The notes under the pieces were generated by a model that saw only the letters and a program-made list of their open reading frames with translations, searched no databases and was not told the origin of the DNA. Made by a program: the position numbers and the translations under genes. A stretch of DNA of 64,000 nt from Bacteroidales bacterium (GTDB lineage: Bacteria > Bacteroidota > Bacteroidia > Bacteroidales > UBA932), in NCBI GenBank assembly GCA_031551045.1, contig JAVBOD010000006.1, forward strand, positions 652 through 64,651, given 5' to 3'. Positions 9,976 through 20,046 of the stretch are shown here, piece by piece; within the stretch, counting starts at the first letter, position 1; each line of letters starts with the position of its first letter.

Positions 9976-11508
9976 ATGAAAATTTTAAAAAATAGTATAT
10001 ACATCGTGCTGCTACTCTCGGCTTCCCTTGCCTGTTTCACATCTTGTAACAAGTGGTTGGAAGTGAGTTCAGATTCTGAAACTACTCAGGAAAAACTTTT
10101 TGAAAATTACGACGGCTTTTACACGGCGGTGAATGGCGTGTACCGCTTGTTAGGCGATAAAAGCCTGTACGGGCAAAACCTCAGTTGGGGAATGGCCAGC
10201 GTATTGGGCAATAATTACGACGATACAAAATTACCGGTTGACTATGTCACGGTTGCCAACGGAAACTATACGAGCGCTTACAGTACGGCCTTGATTTCCC
10301 CTATCTGGGAAAAAGGCTACCGTGCCATAGCCAATTGCAACAATGTATTGGGCAATATTGCCGGCAAGGAAAACTCCTTCTTTCCGATGGGCGCGGTAGA
10401 AAAGGATGTGATTACCGGAGAAATGCTGGGAGTTCGCGCCATGATACATTTGGATTTGCTGCGTTTGTTCGCACCCGCTACTTTAGCCAACGACGGAGGC
10501 GCTTATATTCCTTATGTAACGGTATTCCCCGACAAGCAACCCCGTCATATGGCCGTGGCCGAAGTATTGGAGAATATTATTAAGGATTTGGAACAGGCAA
10601 AAGCACTTTTGGCTTACAACGATACGGCTTACAATTCGGGCGCCATTAACACGGTGGTACAGCGTATGGGCAGTTATAGCGCCAGCGGCGGAACGGCGAA
10701 AGGCGGTTTGTTTTACTCGTTCCGTGGCGTACGCATGAACTATTTTGCGGCCACAGCCCTTTTGGCGCGTGCTTACCAATGGCGTAACGCGCCCGGCGAT
10801 ATGGAAAAAGCTTATCGCGCGGCCGGCGACATGTACCGCTATTCCACGGTATATACATGGTTTCAGTTTACCCCGGCTTCCAGTTCGAGCCGTTCGGCCA
10901 TGGAGTCGGTGGAAAATGAAATATGCCGTAAAATGTACGACGATATTCTTTTTGCAGGATACAATAGTTTGATGTACACAATATTCAATAACAACAACTA
11001 CAATCAGGCTGTGCCCGGCAAGTTTCTCTATAAAAACGTAGCGCATTTGTTTGCTGCCGATCCGGATGATTATCGTACGACACGCTTAATCAATACAGAC
11101 TTTACTTCGCGCAGATGGTCTTCGCCCGACGTTACTACCAACTCCACGATTACGAACGACGTTATTACCTATCAAGGGCCGTTGGCTCCGGTAATCAGGA
11201 TGAGCGAAGTTTATTACATTATGTGCGAATATTTGGCCGGAAGTAATTTGGGCGAAGCAATTACGCTGCTTGATAAGCTGCGTTTGGCAAGAGGTGAAAA
11301 AACGCCTTTATCTTCCACGCTTACCAAAGAAGAATTTTTGGATAAATTGTATCTGGATATGACCCGCGAATTTATGTCGGAAGGGCAAACGTTCTATTTG
11401 TACAAACGTTTGAACAGGCCGATATACAACGGAGCCGTTTCGTTGGACATGACGGGGCGCTACGTATTGCCGATACCGTACAGTGAAACGGATTATACAG
11501 GATTATAA
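9976..11508 (+). CDS. SusD/RagB-family nutrient-binding outer-membrane lipoprotein
   Basis: 510 aa with a lipoprotein signal (LACFTSC). Lies 18 nt after the SusC-like gene. Length and helical TPR-like composition are typical of SusD. Confidence 0.85.
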   Translation: MKILKNSIYIVLLLSASLACFTSCNKWLEVSSDSETTQEKLFENYDGFYTAVNGVYRLLGDKSLYGQNLSWGMASVLGNNYDDTKLPVDYVTVANGNYTSAYSTALISPIWEKGYRAIANCNNVLGNIAGKENSFFPMGAVEKDVITGEMLGVRAMIHLDLLRLFAPATLANDGGAYIPYVTVFPDKQPRHMAVAEVLENIIKDLEQAKALLAYNDTAYNSGAINTVVQRMGSYSASGGTAKGGLFYSFRGVRMNYFAATALLARAYQWRNAPGDMEKAYRAAGDMYRYSTVYTWFQFTPASSSSRSAMESVENEICRKMYDDILFAGYNSLMYTIFNNNNYNQAVPGKFLYKNVAHLFAADPDDYRTTRLINTDFTSRRWSSPDVTTNSTITNDVITYQGPLAPVIRMSEVYYIMCEYLAGSNLGEAITLLDKLRLARGEKTPLSSTLTKEEFLDKLYLDMTREFMSEGQTFYLYKRLNRPIYNGAVSLDMTGRYVLPIPYSETDYTGL

Positions 11509-11541
11509 ACGATTACCCCAACTTTAAACATAATCAGAATT

Positions 11542-12252
11542 ATGAATAAACAAATAATACTTATCCTCAGCGTATGCTTCGTGTGTCTGGCAGCCTGCAA
11601 GGAAGATACTATCGATACTTATAGCGGAGCTAATTATGTGCAATTTTCAACCAGCTATGCCGATTCCTTAACCATCGCTTTTTTGTTAGCCCCCGGCAAA
11701 AATTCTATCGATTCTTCTTTGGTAATTACCATGTCAGGCTTGGCCAACCAAACCGCTATGTCCTACAAAATCGTTGTAAACACACAGCTTTCTACCGCCA
11801 TTGAAGGCGTACATTTTGCGCTTCCCTCCGCCACTGCTTTCAAACAGGGAGCTTATATGGATACGATTCCCGTTACGTTCTACCGCACGGATGACATGAG
11901 AACCAAGGAATACCGGCTGGTATTGCAATTAGTTTCCAACGAAAATTTTATGGTAGGGCAGGAAAATTATCTCTATAAAATTTTTAGAATTAACGACAAG
12001 ATAACCCAACCCGCATGGTGGACAACCACCGGCACCCTTAACGTTAAGGATACATACTTAGGCGTGTATTCCGATAAGAAGTACGAATACTTCATTGCGG
12101 TTACCGGCGTTGCAGATCTGACGAATGCTACGGCTAGCGAAATGCGTATGTATGCCTTACAGTTTAAATATTGGTTGGCCGCTAAAAAGGCTGCCGACGA
12201 AACAGTGCTCGAAGATAATGGGAACGAGATGACCGTTACAGTTATTGGCTAA
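11542..12252 (+). CDS. DUF4843-like surface lipoprotein
   Basis: 236 aa with lipobox LAAC. Position directly after SusD, and the N-terminal ...TYSGANYVQFS pattern, as in DUF4843 proteins of SusCD loci. Family assignment is from memory, not searched. Confidence 0.6.
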   Translation: MNKQIILILSVCFVCLAACKEDTIDTYSGANYVQFSTSYADSLTIAFLLAPGKNSIDSSLVITMSGLANQTAMSYKIVVNTQLSTAIEGVHFALPSATAFKQGAYMDTIPVTFYRTDDMRTKEYRLVLQLVSNENFMVGQENYLYKIFRINDKITQPAWWTTTGTLNVKDTYLGVYSDKKYEYFIAVTGVADLTNATASEMRMYALQFKYWLAAKKAADETVLEDNGNEMTVTVIG

Positions 12253-12282
12253 AGATATCCGTGATTTAAAATTGAAAAAAAG

Positions 12283-13875
12283 ATGAAACACATATTATTT
12301 ATATCCCTGCTTGCATGCTTGAGCCTGCAAAGTTGCTACGAAGACAAAGGTAATTACGACTACTTGCCTTCAAATGAAGTAACCATCAACATGAACCCTC
12401 CCAGCACCAACGCTTATTTGGGAGAGACTTATTCTTATACGCCGGAAATAACTTTTCAGAATACTCCCGGTGCGAATGATTTTGAATATTGGTGGGAACT
12501 TGTAAGTTTGGGAACCCGTAACGTCGGACGGCAGGATGTTGTCAGTACAGGAACCCAATTGAACTATTTGCCGCGTACCACCGGAAATCAAGGCATTCAG
12601 TTTTGCGTAAAAGAAGTGAAGACGGGTGTGATTACACGTTCTTCGTTGACTATTACCGCCCAAGCGCCTTACGAAAAAGGCTGGATGATTCTCAGCAAAA
12701 TGCCCGGAAACATATCGTCGCTGAGTTACGTCCGCCCCGGATATACAGCTTTGGAAGGCGGCGAAAAACAACGAACCTATACCGATTTCCCCGATTTTTA
12801 TGCAAGAACCTACCCCGACAACGTTTTAGGTACGAACCCGATTTGTATTCGCCAGGTGTTGACGGGTAATTCTTCCAATACAACTGTTTCGGCCTTATAT
12901 GTCTTGCAGGACGAATCTGTTTGTTTGAATGGCAACAGTTATGCAAAGGAAATATTGATGAAAGATGAATTCCTTGGCGGCACGCCGCCGAACTTTAAGC
13001 CGGTGGACTATTATCAGGGAACTTATAACAGCGTGGCGCTCGATGCCAGTGGAAAGCTTTATTTCCGCTATCCTCCGCTGGGTGGCGATACTCCGCTTTT
13101 TACCTATCAATTCCCTAATTTTCCCATGCAGTATAATGGTACGGAACTGAAGGCCGATCAACTTTTTCCGGGTACTTTCTCGCTCTTTTTCGGAGCTTAC
13201 GACAAGGCAAACAAGCGCATCCTCTGGATAAGGGGAAGCCTGAACGGAAAAGGAGGCGAGGTGCTTACCCGTACGTTTAGCCCGGTGCCTAGCATTCCCG
13301 AATGGTTGGATGTGGATGCGCTGGGCAACGCCGAGATAATCTATGCCGGCTCGTATCAGGAATTTGCTAATAATGCCGTTATTTTTAATCTGTATCAACG
13401 CGATACAGCCGTGTATGCCCAGTATTTCCAGGCTATGTCGCCGGCTTCAGGCTCGGCGTTCCGCTATGGCCCTGTGACCAATACGCCATTCCCGAGCCCG
13501 GAGCTGATTACGCCCACTACCAAATACTATAACCACCGTTCGAGGGCGGGCTCGCTGTTCTTGGGCGTGGAAAACAAACTCTATGCCTACGATATCACGG
13601 CGAAAATCATTCCGGCCGTATTGTATTATACATTTCCGGCAGGAGAAACCGTGGTTGATATGTCAACCAATCCGCAGGAATCGGAGTTGGGGGTAATTAC
13701 GATAGACGGCGGCGGCAACAGCTTCTTCTACACGTTCAATATAGCTACGCCCGTACTGCCCCAAACAGCTTATATTTACCGGACGACTGTTCCGGGCGTG
13801 GCGCTGGATTTGGAATACAAGTATGCAAGCTATGCGGGATACCAACTAAGAACAAATGCTCAATATAATGATTAA
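12283..13875 (+). CDS. PKD-like family surface lipoprotein
   Basis: 530 aa with lipobox LQSC followed by YEDKGNYDY, characteristic of PKD-like lipoproteins that follow DUF4843 genes in Bacteroidota SusCD loci. Confidence 0.6.
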   Translation: MKHILFISLLACLSLQSCYEDKGNYDYLPSNEVTINMNPPSTNAYLGETYSYTPEITFQNTPGANDFEYWWELVSLGTRNVGRQDVVSTGTQLNYLPRTTGNQGIQFCVKEVKTGVITRSSLTITAQAPYEKGWMILSKMPGNISSLSYVRPGYTALEGGEKQRTYTDFPDFYARTYPDNVLGTNPICIRQVLTGNSSNTTVSALYVLQDESVCLNGNSYAKEILMKDEFLGGTPPNFKPVDYYQGTYNSVALDASGKLYFRYPPLGGDTPLFTYQFPNFPMQYNGTELKADQLFPGTFSLFFGAYDKANKRILWIRGSLNGKGGEVLTRTFSPVPSIPEWLDVDALGNAEIIYAGSYQEFANNAVIFNLYQRDTAVYAQYFQAMSPASGSAFRYGPVTNTPFPSPELITPTTKYYNHRSRAGSLFLGVENKLYAYDITAKIIPAVLYYTFPAGETVVDMSTNPQESELGVITIDGGGNSFFYTFNIATPVLPQTAYIYRTTVPGVALDLEYKYASYAGYQLRTNAQYND

Positions 13876-13883
13876 TTAATAAC

Positions 13884-14804
13884 ATGGATCAACCAATCGT
13901 AAAAGTAGAACAACTATCGCACCGCTATAGCGTACAGTGGGCTATCCGCAATATCGATTTCGAAATTCAGGGAAAGGGAATATACGGTTTGCTCGGTTCC
14001 AACGGCGCCGGTAAATCGACCCTGATGAATATCATGTGCGGAGTGTTGAAGCAAACAAGCGGAAATGTGTATATAAACGGCATCAATACCAAGGAAAAAC
14101 CGGTGCAGGCTAAACGCTATATCGGATTCCTTCCGCAAAAACCGCCGCTTCAGCCCGACTTGACCGTAGAAGAATATCTTCGCTACAGCGCCTATCTCCG
14201 TTCCGTTCCCGAGGCGGAAATGAATAAAGCAGTGGATGAAGTACTGGAAAAATGTAGCATAGCTCATTTCAGGAAACGATTGATAAGCAACCTTTCCGGA
14301 GGATACCAGCAACGGGTGGGCATTGCACAGGCAATTATTCATAAGCCGGTTTTAGTGGTATTGGACGAACCGACGAACGGATTAGACCCTAACCAGATAT
14401 TGGAAATCCGGAATTTAATCAAAGAGATTGCGCAAGAGCGCACCGTCATTCTTTCCACACATGTTCTTACCGAAGTGCAAGCCTCCTGTGATTATATCCG
14501 GATGATAGAACACGGGCAGGTTGTATTTGCGGGAACCGTTACGGAATTTAATAACTACATCACGCCGAGTACATTTGTCGTAACATTGCTCAATGCGCCC
14601 GAGGAAAAAGAATTACACGCTATTCAAGGAGTTACGGCGGTAGAAAAAATAGAAGATAATCGTTTCCGTTTTTCCGGCGATGCCGGAACGGTGGAAAAAA
14701 CCGTACAGCTCAGCGTGGCTAAGGAATGGCGGCTGACAGAAATTATGGTGGAAAAAATCTCTTTAGATTCCATATTTGCCGAATTATCCAAGAAAAATAA
14801 ATAA
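13884..14804 (+). CDS. ABC transporter ATP-binding protein (GldA-like)
   Basis: Walker A GSNGAGKST, signature LSGGYQQR, Walker B VLVVLDEPTNGLD. Starts 8 nt after the PKD-like gene. Confidence 0.85.
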   Translation: MDQPIVKVEQLSHRYSVQWAIRNIDFEIQGKGIYGLLGSNGAGKSTLMNIMCGVLKQTSGNVYINGINTKEKPVQAKRYIGFLPQKPPLQPDLTVEEYLRYSAYLRSVPEAEMNKAVDEVLEKCSIAHFRKRLISNLSGGYQQRVGIAQAIIHKPVLVVLDEPTNGLDPNQILEIRNLIKEIAQERTVILSTHVLTEVQASCDYIRMIEHGQVVFAGTVTEFNNYITPSTFVVTLLNAPEEKELHAIQGVTAVEKIEDNRFRFSGDAGTVEKTVQLSVAKEWRLTEIMVEKISLDSIFAELSKKNK

Positions 14805-14817
14805 TCCTGTTGTGACC

Positions 14818-17112
14818 ATGAAAAAAATTATAAAGATTGCACAAACCGAACTGAAGACGCTTTTCTATTCTCCTGTGGCGTGGTTGATTCTTATTGTATT
14901 TAGCTTTCAGGCCGCCATGACCTATGTCGATATCCTTAGCGGATACACCAAAGCGCAGGAAATGACCGGATTTCTTGAAAATCTTACGTTGAATTTTTTT
15001 AGCGGCAAAATCGGTTTATTTACTAAAATACAAGATTATCTATATTTGTATATCCCTTTGCTGACCATGGGGTTGATGAGCCGGGAACTCAACAGTGGCT
15101 CCATAAAGTTGCTGTATTCCTCTCCGGTCACTAACGTCCAAATTATTATAGGAAAATATCTTTCCATGATGTTTTATGGGCTTATCCTGATGGCTATTCT
15201 GTTCGTCCTTGTGATTCATGCCTCGTTCAGCATTCAATCGTTCGATTTTCCGGTGGTGTTGGCAGGCTTGCTGGGCTTGTATTTACTGCTATGTACCTAT
15301 GCGGCCATCGGGCTTTTTATGTCGAGCCTGACCTCCTATCAGGTAGTAGCGGCTATCGGAACGCTCGCGGTACTGGTACTGCTGAACTTTATCGGAAGTT
15401 TTTGGCAAGACGTGGAGTTTGTCAGGGATATTACCTATTGGCTCTCCATCGGAGGACGGGCGAATGAATTTATCCGCGGCCTCATTTGCAGCGAGGATGT
15501 GTTGTATTTCATTATTGTAACACTTTTATTCCTGTCGCTTTGCATACTCCGGCTGCAAGCCAACCGACAAAAAAGCAAATGGACGGTTTCATGGGCGAAA
15601 TACGCCGTAGCATTTGTAGCGGCCATGATGTTGGGCTATGTCACTTCACGCCCCGTATGTAAGGCTTTTTGCGATGTTACCCGCACCAAACAGCGCACAC
15701 TCACACAAAACAGCCGGGATATCCTCCGGGAAGTGAAGGGAGGTCTTACCATGACCACTTACGTCAACCTTTTGGATGACGATTACAAATTCGGATTGCC
15801 TAAATCCAGGAACAGCGATATGGATCGTTTCCAGCAATACACGCGCTTCAAACCCGAAATCAAGATGAAATACGTGTATTACTATAAGGAAGCGGAAGGC
15901 CAGCTCTCTAAAATGCGCTTCCCCGAATTATCGGAGCGCGAACGGGCCGAGAAGATGTGCGGGATAGAGGATATTCCTCTCAGCATGTTTATGACGCCGG
16001 ACGAGATTGACAAAATAATAGACCTGAAGCCTGAAAATTACCGAATGGTACGACTGTTGGAGCGTGAAAACGGTGAAACAACGTTTCTGCGCATGTTCTC
16101 CGATTTCATACGGTATCCTACCGAATCCGAGATTTCGGCCGCCCTTAAACGTTTGGTGATGAAACTGCCGGTTGTCGCTTTTTTGTCCGGACACGAAGGG
16201 CGTAGTTTCGAAGACCGTGAAAATTCGGGATACAGCCGTTTGACCGGAGAAAAATCATTCCGGCAAGCGCTCATCAACCAAGGATTCGATTTTACGACAG
16301 TAACATTGGAGCAAGACATACCTGACGATATAAATATATTAGTTATTTCGGATATTAAAACACCCCTTAGCCCAGCAGCGCACGCGTGTTTGGATAGGTA
16401 TATTGCGCGCGGAGGAAACCTGATTTTGCTGGCAGAACCCCGGCGCACGGAATATATGCGCCCGATAGTCCGGCAATTCGGCGTGGATTTTGTACCGGGA
16501 GTCTTGGTTAACACGCCCTCCTCCGGATCGCGGGCCAATATTGTTTTTGCCAAACCTACTACGCAGTCAGGAACGTTTTCATACCTGTTCGAAGCCATGC
16601 GCGAACGCAAAACGGTAGTTTCCATGCCGGGATGTATGGGTTTGACATTCCGTACCGATAGTGTTTATAAAGCAGTTCCTCTCTTCACAACAGGAGAAGG
16701 ATATTGGAATGAGTTGGAAACGACCGATTTTCAGGAAGGCATCCCACCGTACAATCCGGAGAAAGGAGAGCTTAAAGCGGATTACTGCACGATTCTATCC
16801 CTTTCGAGGCAAGTGAACGGAGGGGAACAGAAAATTATGATTTTCGGAGATGCCGATTGTCTTTCAAATGAGGAAATATTATTAAAACGCAATAACGTGG
16901 CCGTAGCGAACTATAGCCTCATTATGGGGGTATTTTCATGGATGTCGGACGGCGAAGCGCCTATTGATGTGCGCCGTCCCGTTCCGCCGGATAATGCCCT
17001 TTCTATGCGCAAAAGCGGCATTGCTGTCAGTAGAGTATTGTTAGTGTATGTTTTTCCGTCCATTCTCGTACTGCTTAGTTTGTTGATATGGATACGGCGA
17101 AGAAGGCGCTAA
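14818..17112 (+). CDS. fused ABC-2 permease (GldF-like) and GldG-like auxiliary domain protein
   Basis: 764 aa from the ATG at 14818. The N-terminal ~260 aa form a polytopic ABC-2-type permease. A large extracytoplasmic domain follows, beginning ...DVTRTKQRTLTQNSRDILREVKGGLTMTTYV (ABC_transp_aux/GldG-like). A final C-terminal TM anchor ends in RRRRR. Confidence 0.7.
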   Translation: MKKIIKIAQTELKTLFYSPVAWLILIVFSFQAAMTYVDILSGYTKAQEMTGFLENLTLNFFSGKIGLFTKIQDYLYLYIPLLTMGLMSRELNSGSIKLLYSSPVTNVQIIIGKYLSMMFYGLILMAILFVLVIHASFSIQSFDFPVVLAGLLGLYLLLCTYAAIGLFMSSLTSYQVVAAIGTLAVLVLLNFIGSFWQDVEFVRDITYWLSIGGRANEFIRGLICSEDVLYFIIVTLLFLSLCILRLQANRQKSKWTVSWAKYAVAFVAAMMLGYVTSRPVCKAFCDVTRTKQRTLTQNSRDILREVKGGLTMTTYVNLLDDDYKFGLPKSRNSDMDRFQQYTRFKPEIKMKYVYYYKEAEGQLSKMRFPELSERERAEKMCGIEDIPLSMFMTPDEIDKIIDLKPENYRMVRLLERENGETTFLRMFSDFIRYPTESEISAALKRLVMKLPVVAFLSGHEGRSFEDRENSGYSRLTGEKSFRQALINQGFDFTTVTLEQDIPDDINILVISDIKTPLSPAAHACLDRYIARGGNLILLAEPRRTEYMRPIVRQFGVDFVPGVLVNTPSSGSRANIVFAKPTTQSGTFSYLFEAMRERKTVVSMPGCMGLTFRTDSVYKAVPLFTTGEGYWNELETTDFQEGIPPYNPEKGELKADYCTILSLSRQVNGGEQKIMIFGDADCLSNEEILLKRNNVAVANYSLIMGVFSWMSDGEAPIDVRRPVPPDNALSMRKSGIAVSRVLLVYVFPSILVLLSLLIWIRRRRR

Positions 17113-17130
17113 AAGAATATTCGGATGAGG

Positions 17131-17385
17131 GGCTGTTCAAAAAGTATTTTTTCAACTTACGATGGTAAGATTACACCTCTTTTTCATTGCCGTCAGCTAA
17201 AGCTGACGGTATCCGGATGTCCTGAAATATTGCGCGCGAAGCAAGTTGTTTACTCAAAGGATATACTTGTTTCGCGCGCTTTTGCTGCTGTTTTCTTCTA
17301 TCCGTCAGCTAAAGCTGACGGCAATGAAATTGATGCTGACAACTTTCAAATTGTAAACTTCTCCGTAAGAGGTTGTTCAATTTTT
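17131..17385. repeat. composite palindromic intergenic repeat (families C and D)
   Basis: Two inverted copies of TTCATTGC-CCGTCAGCTAAAGCTGACGG (hairpins at 17190-17209 and 17292-17311) flank a third hairpin (GCGCGCGAAGCAAGT at 17232-17246 / ACTTGTTTCGCGCGC at 17265-17279). The left end GGCTGTTCAAAAA is shared with the element at 27801. Related copy at 52386-52520. Confidence 0.8.
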
Positions 17386-17423
17386 ATCTAATAATAAATT
17401 CGATACGTTTTTACAACGGATGG

Positions 17424-18041
17424 CTACTGACTAACCTGAAACGGTTGCCGGTTTTTGATGGAGCGGCCCAGGGTGAGCTCGTCGGTATATTCCAGCTCGT
17501 CGCCGAAACCTACGCCGCGGGCGATAGTAGTGACGGGAACGTTGAACGGCCGTAATTTTTTGAACAGGTAAAAACACGTGGTTTCCCCTTCCATCGTGGT
17601 GCTCAGGGCTAAAATAATTTCCTGTATTTCGCCTTGCTCCATGCGCGAAACCAAGGTGTCGATTTTCAAATCGGCCGGGCCGATGCCGTCCATGGGCGAA
17701 ATAATACCGCCCAGCACATGATAGGAACCCTTGTACTGCTGCGTGTTCTCGATGCTCAACACATCGCGGATGCTTTCCACCACGCAAATGGTATGATGGT
17801 CGCGGCGCGGGTTGCTGCAAATGTCGCAAATTTCCGTATCGGAAAGCGTGTTGCATACCGTGCAATGTTTTATCTCGTTCCGCAGCGTAATGAATGCCTG
17901 CCCGAAACGTTCTACCTCTTCGCGCGGTTGCTTCAACAGGTGTAAAGCCAACCGCAGTGCGGTTTTCCGGCCTACGCCCGGCAACTTGGCCATTTCATCT
18001 ACAGCGTTGTTTAATAATCTGGAAGGAAGTATGGTGTTCAT
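17424..18041 (-). CDS. recR: recombination protein RecR
   Basis: 205 aa with helix-hairpin-helix ([17 protein letters not shown]), Cys4 zinc finger ([16 protein letters not shown]) and a Toprim domain. Confidence 0.95.
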   Translation of the reverse strand: MNTILPSRLLNNAVDEMAKLPGVGRKTALRLALHLLKQPREEVERFGQAFITLRNEIKHCTVCNTLSDTEICDICSNPRRDHHTICVVESIRDVLSIENTQQYKGSYHVLGGIISPMDGIGPADLKIDTLVSRMEQGEIQEIILALSTTMEGETTCFYLFKKLRPFNVPVTTIARGVGFGDELEYTDELTLGRSIKNRQPFQVSQ

Positions 18042-18043
18042 TT

Positions 18044-18886
18044 TTACGTGTCCTGAATTGGTATATGATAGCGGAGCAGCCCGTCGATAGCGCCTTTGGC
18101 AATGTTCCCGATAGTCATGCCGCGCCGCTGAGCGGTTGTTTTGATGATATCCTGAAAATAAAAAGCGACGGAACCCAATAAGTGTATGGGATAATTTTTA
18201 TAATCGTAATGCATCACGTTACGCACAAAAAAATGGTCGAAACTTTCGAACAACAGTTCCTGTACATATCTTTCGTTCCGTTGTTTGTGAAGAAATTCCG
18301 TAAATGAAGCGAGAAAACGATTTGGGAATGGTTTTCTATACACATTTTCTAAAATAATTTCTTGCGTCAAATGAAAAGTGTCGATAAATTTTTCCTGTAA
18401 ATCTTTCGGCAATTGCCGCTTCAATACATCGGAAATCAATTTTTTTCCCAACGCAGCGCCACTTCCTTCGTCACCTAAAATAAAACCGAGCGGCGGTACA
18501 TGGTCGGCTATTGCAACGCCATCGTAAAAACAAGAATTGGAGCCGGTTCCGAGAATACATGCAATGCCTTTGTCATGTCCGCATAAAGCCCTTGCCGCCC
18601 CTAATAAATCGGTGCAGGCTTCTATCGAAATATGCTGAAAAATTTTTTGAAAACACGATTGGAGCAATTGCGCTTTTTCAGCCGATGCCACGCCGGCGCC
18701 GTAGAAATATACTTTTTCAATGGTTCCGTCAAGTTGTTCCGCCAACGATTTCAATTCGTTTTGTATTTCCTCTTCGGTCATATAAAACGGATTGATGCCC
18801 GATGTACTCAGGCGCTGCGTGCAGCCGTCGGCGCCCAAACGGCACCAGGCTGTTTTCGTTGAACCGCTGTCGGCAATAAGTACCAT
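18044..18886 (-). CDS. BadF/BadG/BcrA/BcrD-type ATPase, N-acetylglucosamine-kinase-like
   Basis: [12 protein letters not shown] phosphate-1 motif and ILGTGSNS motif. The ATG at 18886 is preferred because the track 5' extension overlaps the upstream gene. Confidence 0.75.
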   Translation of the reverse strand: MVLIADSGSTKTAWCRLGADGCTQRLSTSGINPFYMTEEEIQNELKSLAEQLDGTIEKVYFYGAGVASAEKAQLLQSCFQKIFQHISIEACTDLLGAARALCGHDKGIACILGTGSNSCFYDGVAIADHVPPLGFILGDEGSGAALGKKLISDVLKRQLPKDLQEKFIDTFHLTQEIILENVYRKPFPNRFLASFTEFLHKQRNERYVQELLFESFDHFFVRNVMHYDYKNYPIHLLGSVAFYFQDIIKTTAQRRGMTIGNIAKGAIDGLLRYHIPIQDT

Positions 18887-18888
18887 AT

Positions 18889-19992
18889 TTATAGTTTGAT
18901 GAATATCCGTTGCCGGTAAAGCACAATAGCAAAAAGGCACGTACACACTGCGAAAATAACGGCATAAGCCAGAGAAGCCCACACGTTATCGCCCAAGATA
19001 GCCGCATAAACATGGTCGTATAACCAATTTCTTAAAGACATGCCGGAGATGGTGCGCACATGTTGCAAAGTATAGGTAAACACCGATGCCATGATGTATA
19101 TAATCAACGGGTTTGTGCCGCATGCTTTAAACGGGTAAAGGCATTTTTGCGCAGCCTTTAATTCCGATAAATAGATACAAGCTGTGAAGGCAAGACAAGC
19201 CCAGCCGGCTCCGAGAAGCGCAAATGAACCGGTCCATAACGGTTTATTGATGGGCAGAATATCATCGGCAAGTAAACCGGCGCCCAGCATAATGGCACCT
19301 AAAGTAAACAAACGTTGCATTACTACTTTCTGATTGCGGATAGTGTTTGCCAGCCAGCCGGCAAGGAATCCGAACAATACATTGGCAGCGCCGGGAATAA
19401 CACCCAGCAAGCCTTCCGAATCGAAAGGAGCTATTAAATGCGGTTGTAAGTGGTGTTCGCCCACAAGGAATGCATCTATTCTTCCGGCAACATTCCCTTC
19501 TATCGTATAATCGCCGAAAATAGCTAATACCGCCCAGTGCAGTAAAATAAGTACGGCTATGGCTAAGCCTAATTTAGGAGGCGTTTTCAACCACAAGGCA
19601 ATACACGCAGCCAGTCCATACACCAATGCCGCCCGTTGTAATACGCCGAATATGCGCAGTTCGCTCCAATTGATGGTGAAAAAGGGAAAAGCGTTTAGCG
19701 CTACGCCTAATAAAAATAAATACAATGTACGTTTCCCGATTTTCCGGAAGCTTGCTTTGTTGGGTGTGCTTCCGTTTTGCTTAAACGAAAAAAATAAGGA
19801 TACACCCATGGCAAAAAGAAATACCGGGAATATGATATCGGCGAAAGTGCACCCCTTCCATCCGGATAGTTGCAGTTGAGAAAAAACCTGTTCTGGCGAA
19901 CCGGGATTCAGTACAATAATCATAGCAACAATCGCTATGCCGCGTAATATATCCAACGGAGCATAGCGGAAAGGAGTCTTTGGTGTAGTCAT
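18889..19992 (-). CDS. polytopic membrane protein, DUF5009 / heparan-alpha-glucosaminide N-acetyltransferase-like
   Basis: 367 aa with ~10 TM segments. N-terminal RYAPLDILRGIAIVAMI is typical of this acyltransferase-like family. Its stop lies 2 nt before the kinase start. Confidence 0.65.
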   Translation of the reverse strand: MTTPKTPFRYAPLDILRGIAIVAMIIVLNPGSPEQVFSQLQLSGWKGCTFADIIFPVFLFAMGVSLFFSFKQNGSTPNKASFRKIGKRTLYLFLLGVALNAFPFFTINWSELRIFGVLQRAALVYGLAACIALWLKTPPKLGLAIAVLILLHWAVLAIFGDYTIEGNVAGRIDAFLVGEHHLQPHLIAPFDSEGLLGVIPGAANVLFGFLAGWLANTIRNQKVVMQRLFTLGAIMLGAGLLADDILPINKPLWTGSFALLGAGWACLAFTACIYLSELKAAQKCLYPFKACGTNPLIIYIMASVFTYTLQHVRTISGMSLRNWLYDHVYAAILGDNVWASLAYAVIFAVCTCLFAIVLYRQRIFIKL

Positions 19993-20046
19993 TGCTTAAA
20001 AATTAATGACCACAAAGATAGTTAAAAAGGATAAAAACGGCAACGC

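Noticed and set aside
17125-17391. 88-aa ORF (and the overlapping 17373-17555) between the ABC fusion gene and recR.
   Set aside because: It is composed entirely of the family C/D palindromic repeat modules (CRQLKLTVSG and PSAKADGNE are translated hairpins). It is a repeat artefact, not a gene.
18044-19992. The N-acetylglucosamine-kinase-like gene and the DUF5009-like membrane protein, considered as a novel amino-sugar salvage system.
   Set aside because: This pairing of a BadF-type sugar kinase with an acyltransferase-like membrane protein is, as far as I recall, common in Bacteroidota amino-sugar and peptidoglycan recycling loci. Nothing unusual is visible in the sequence.
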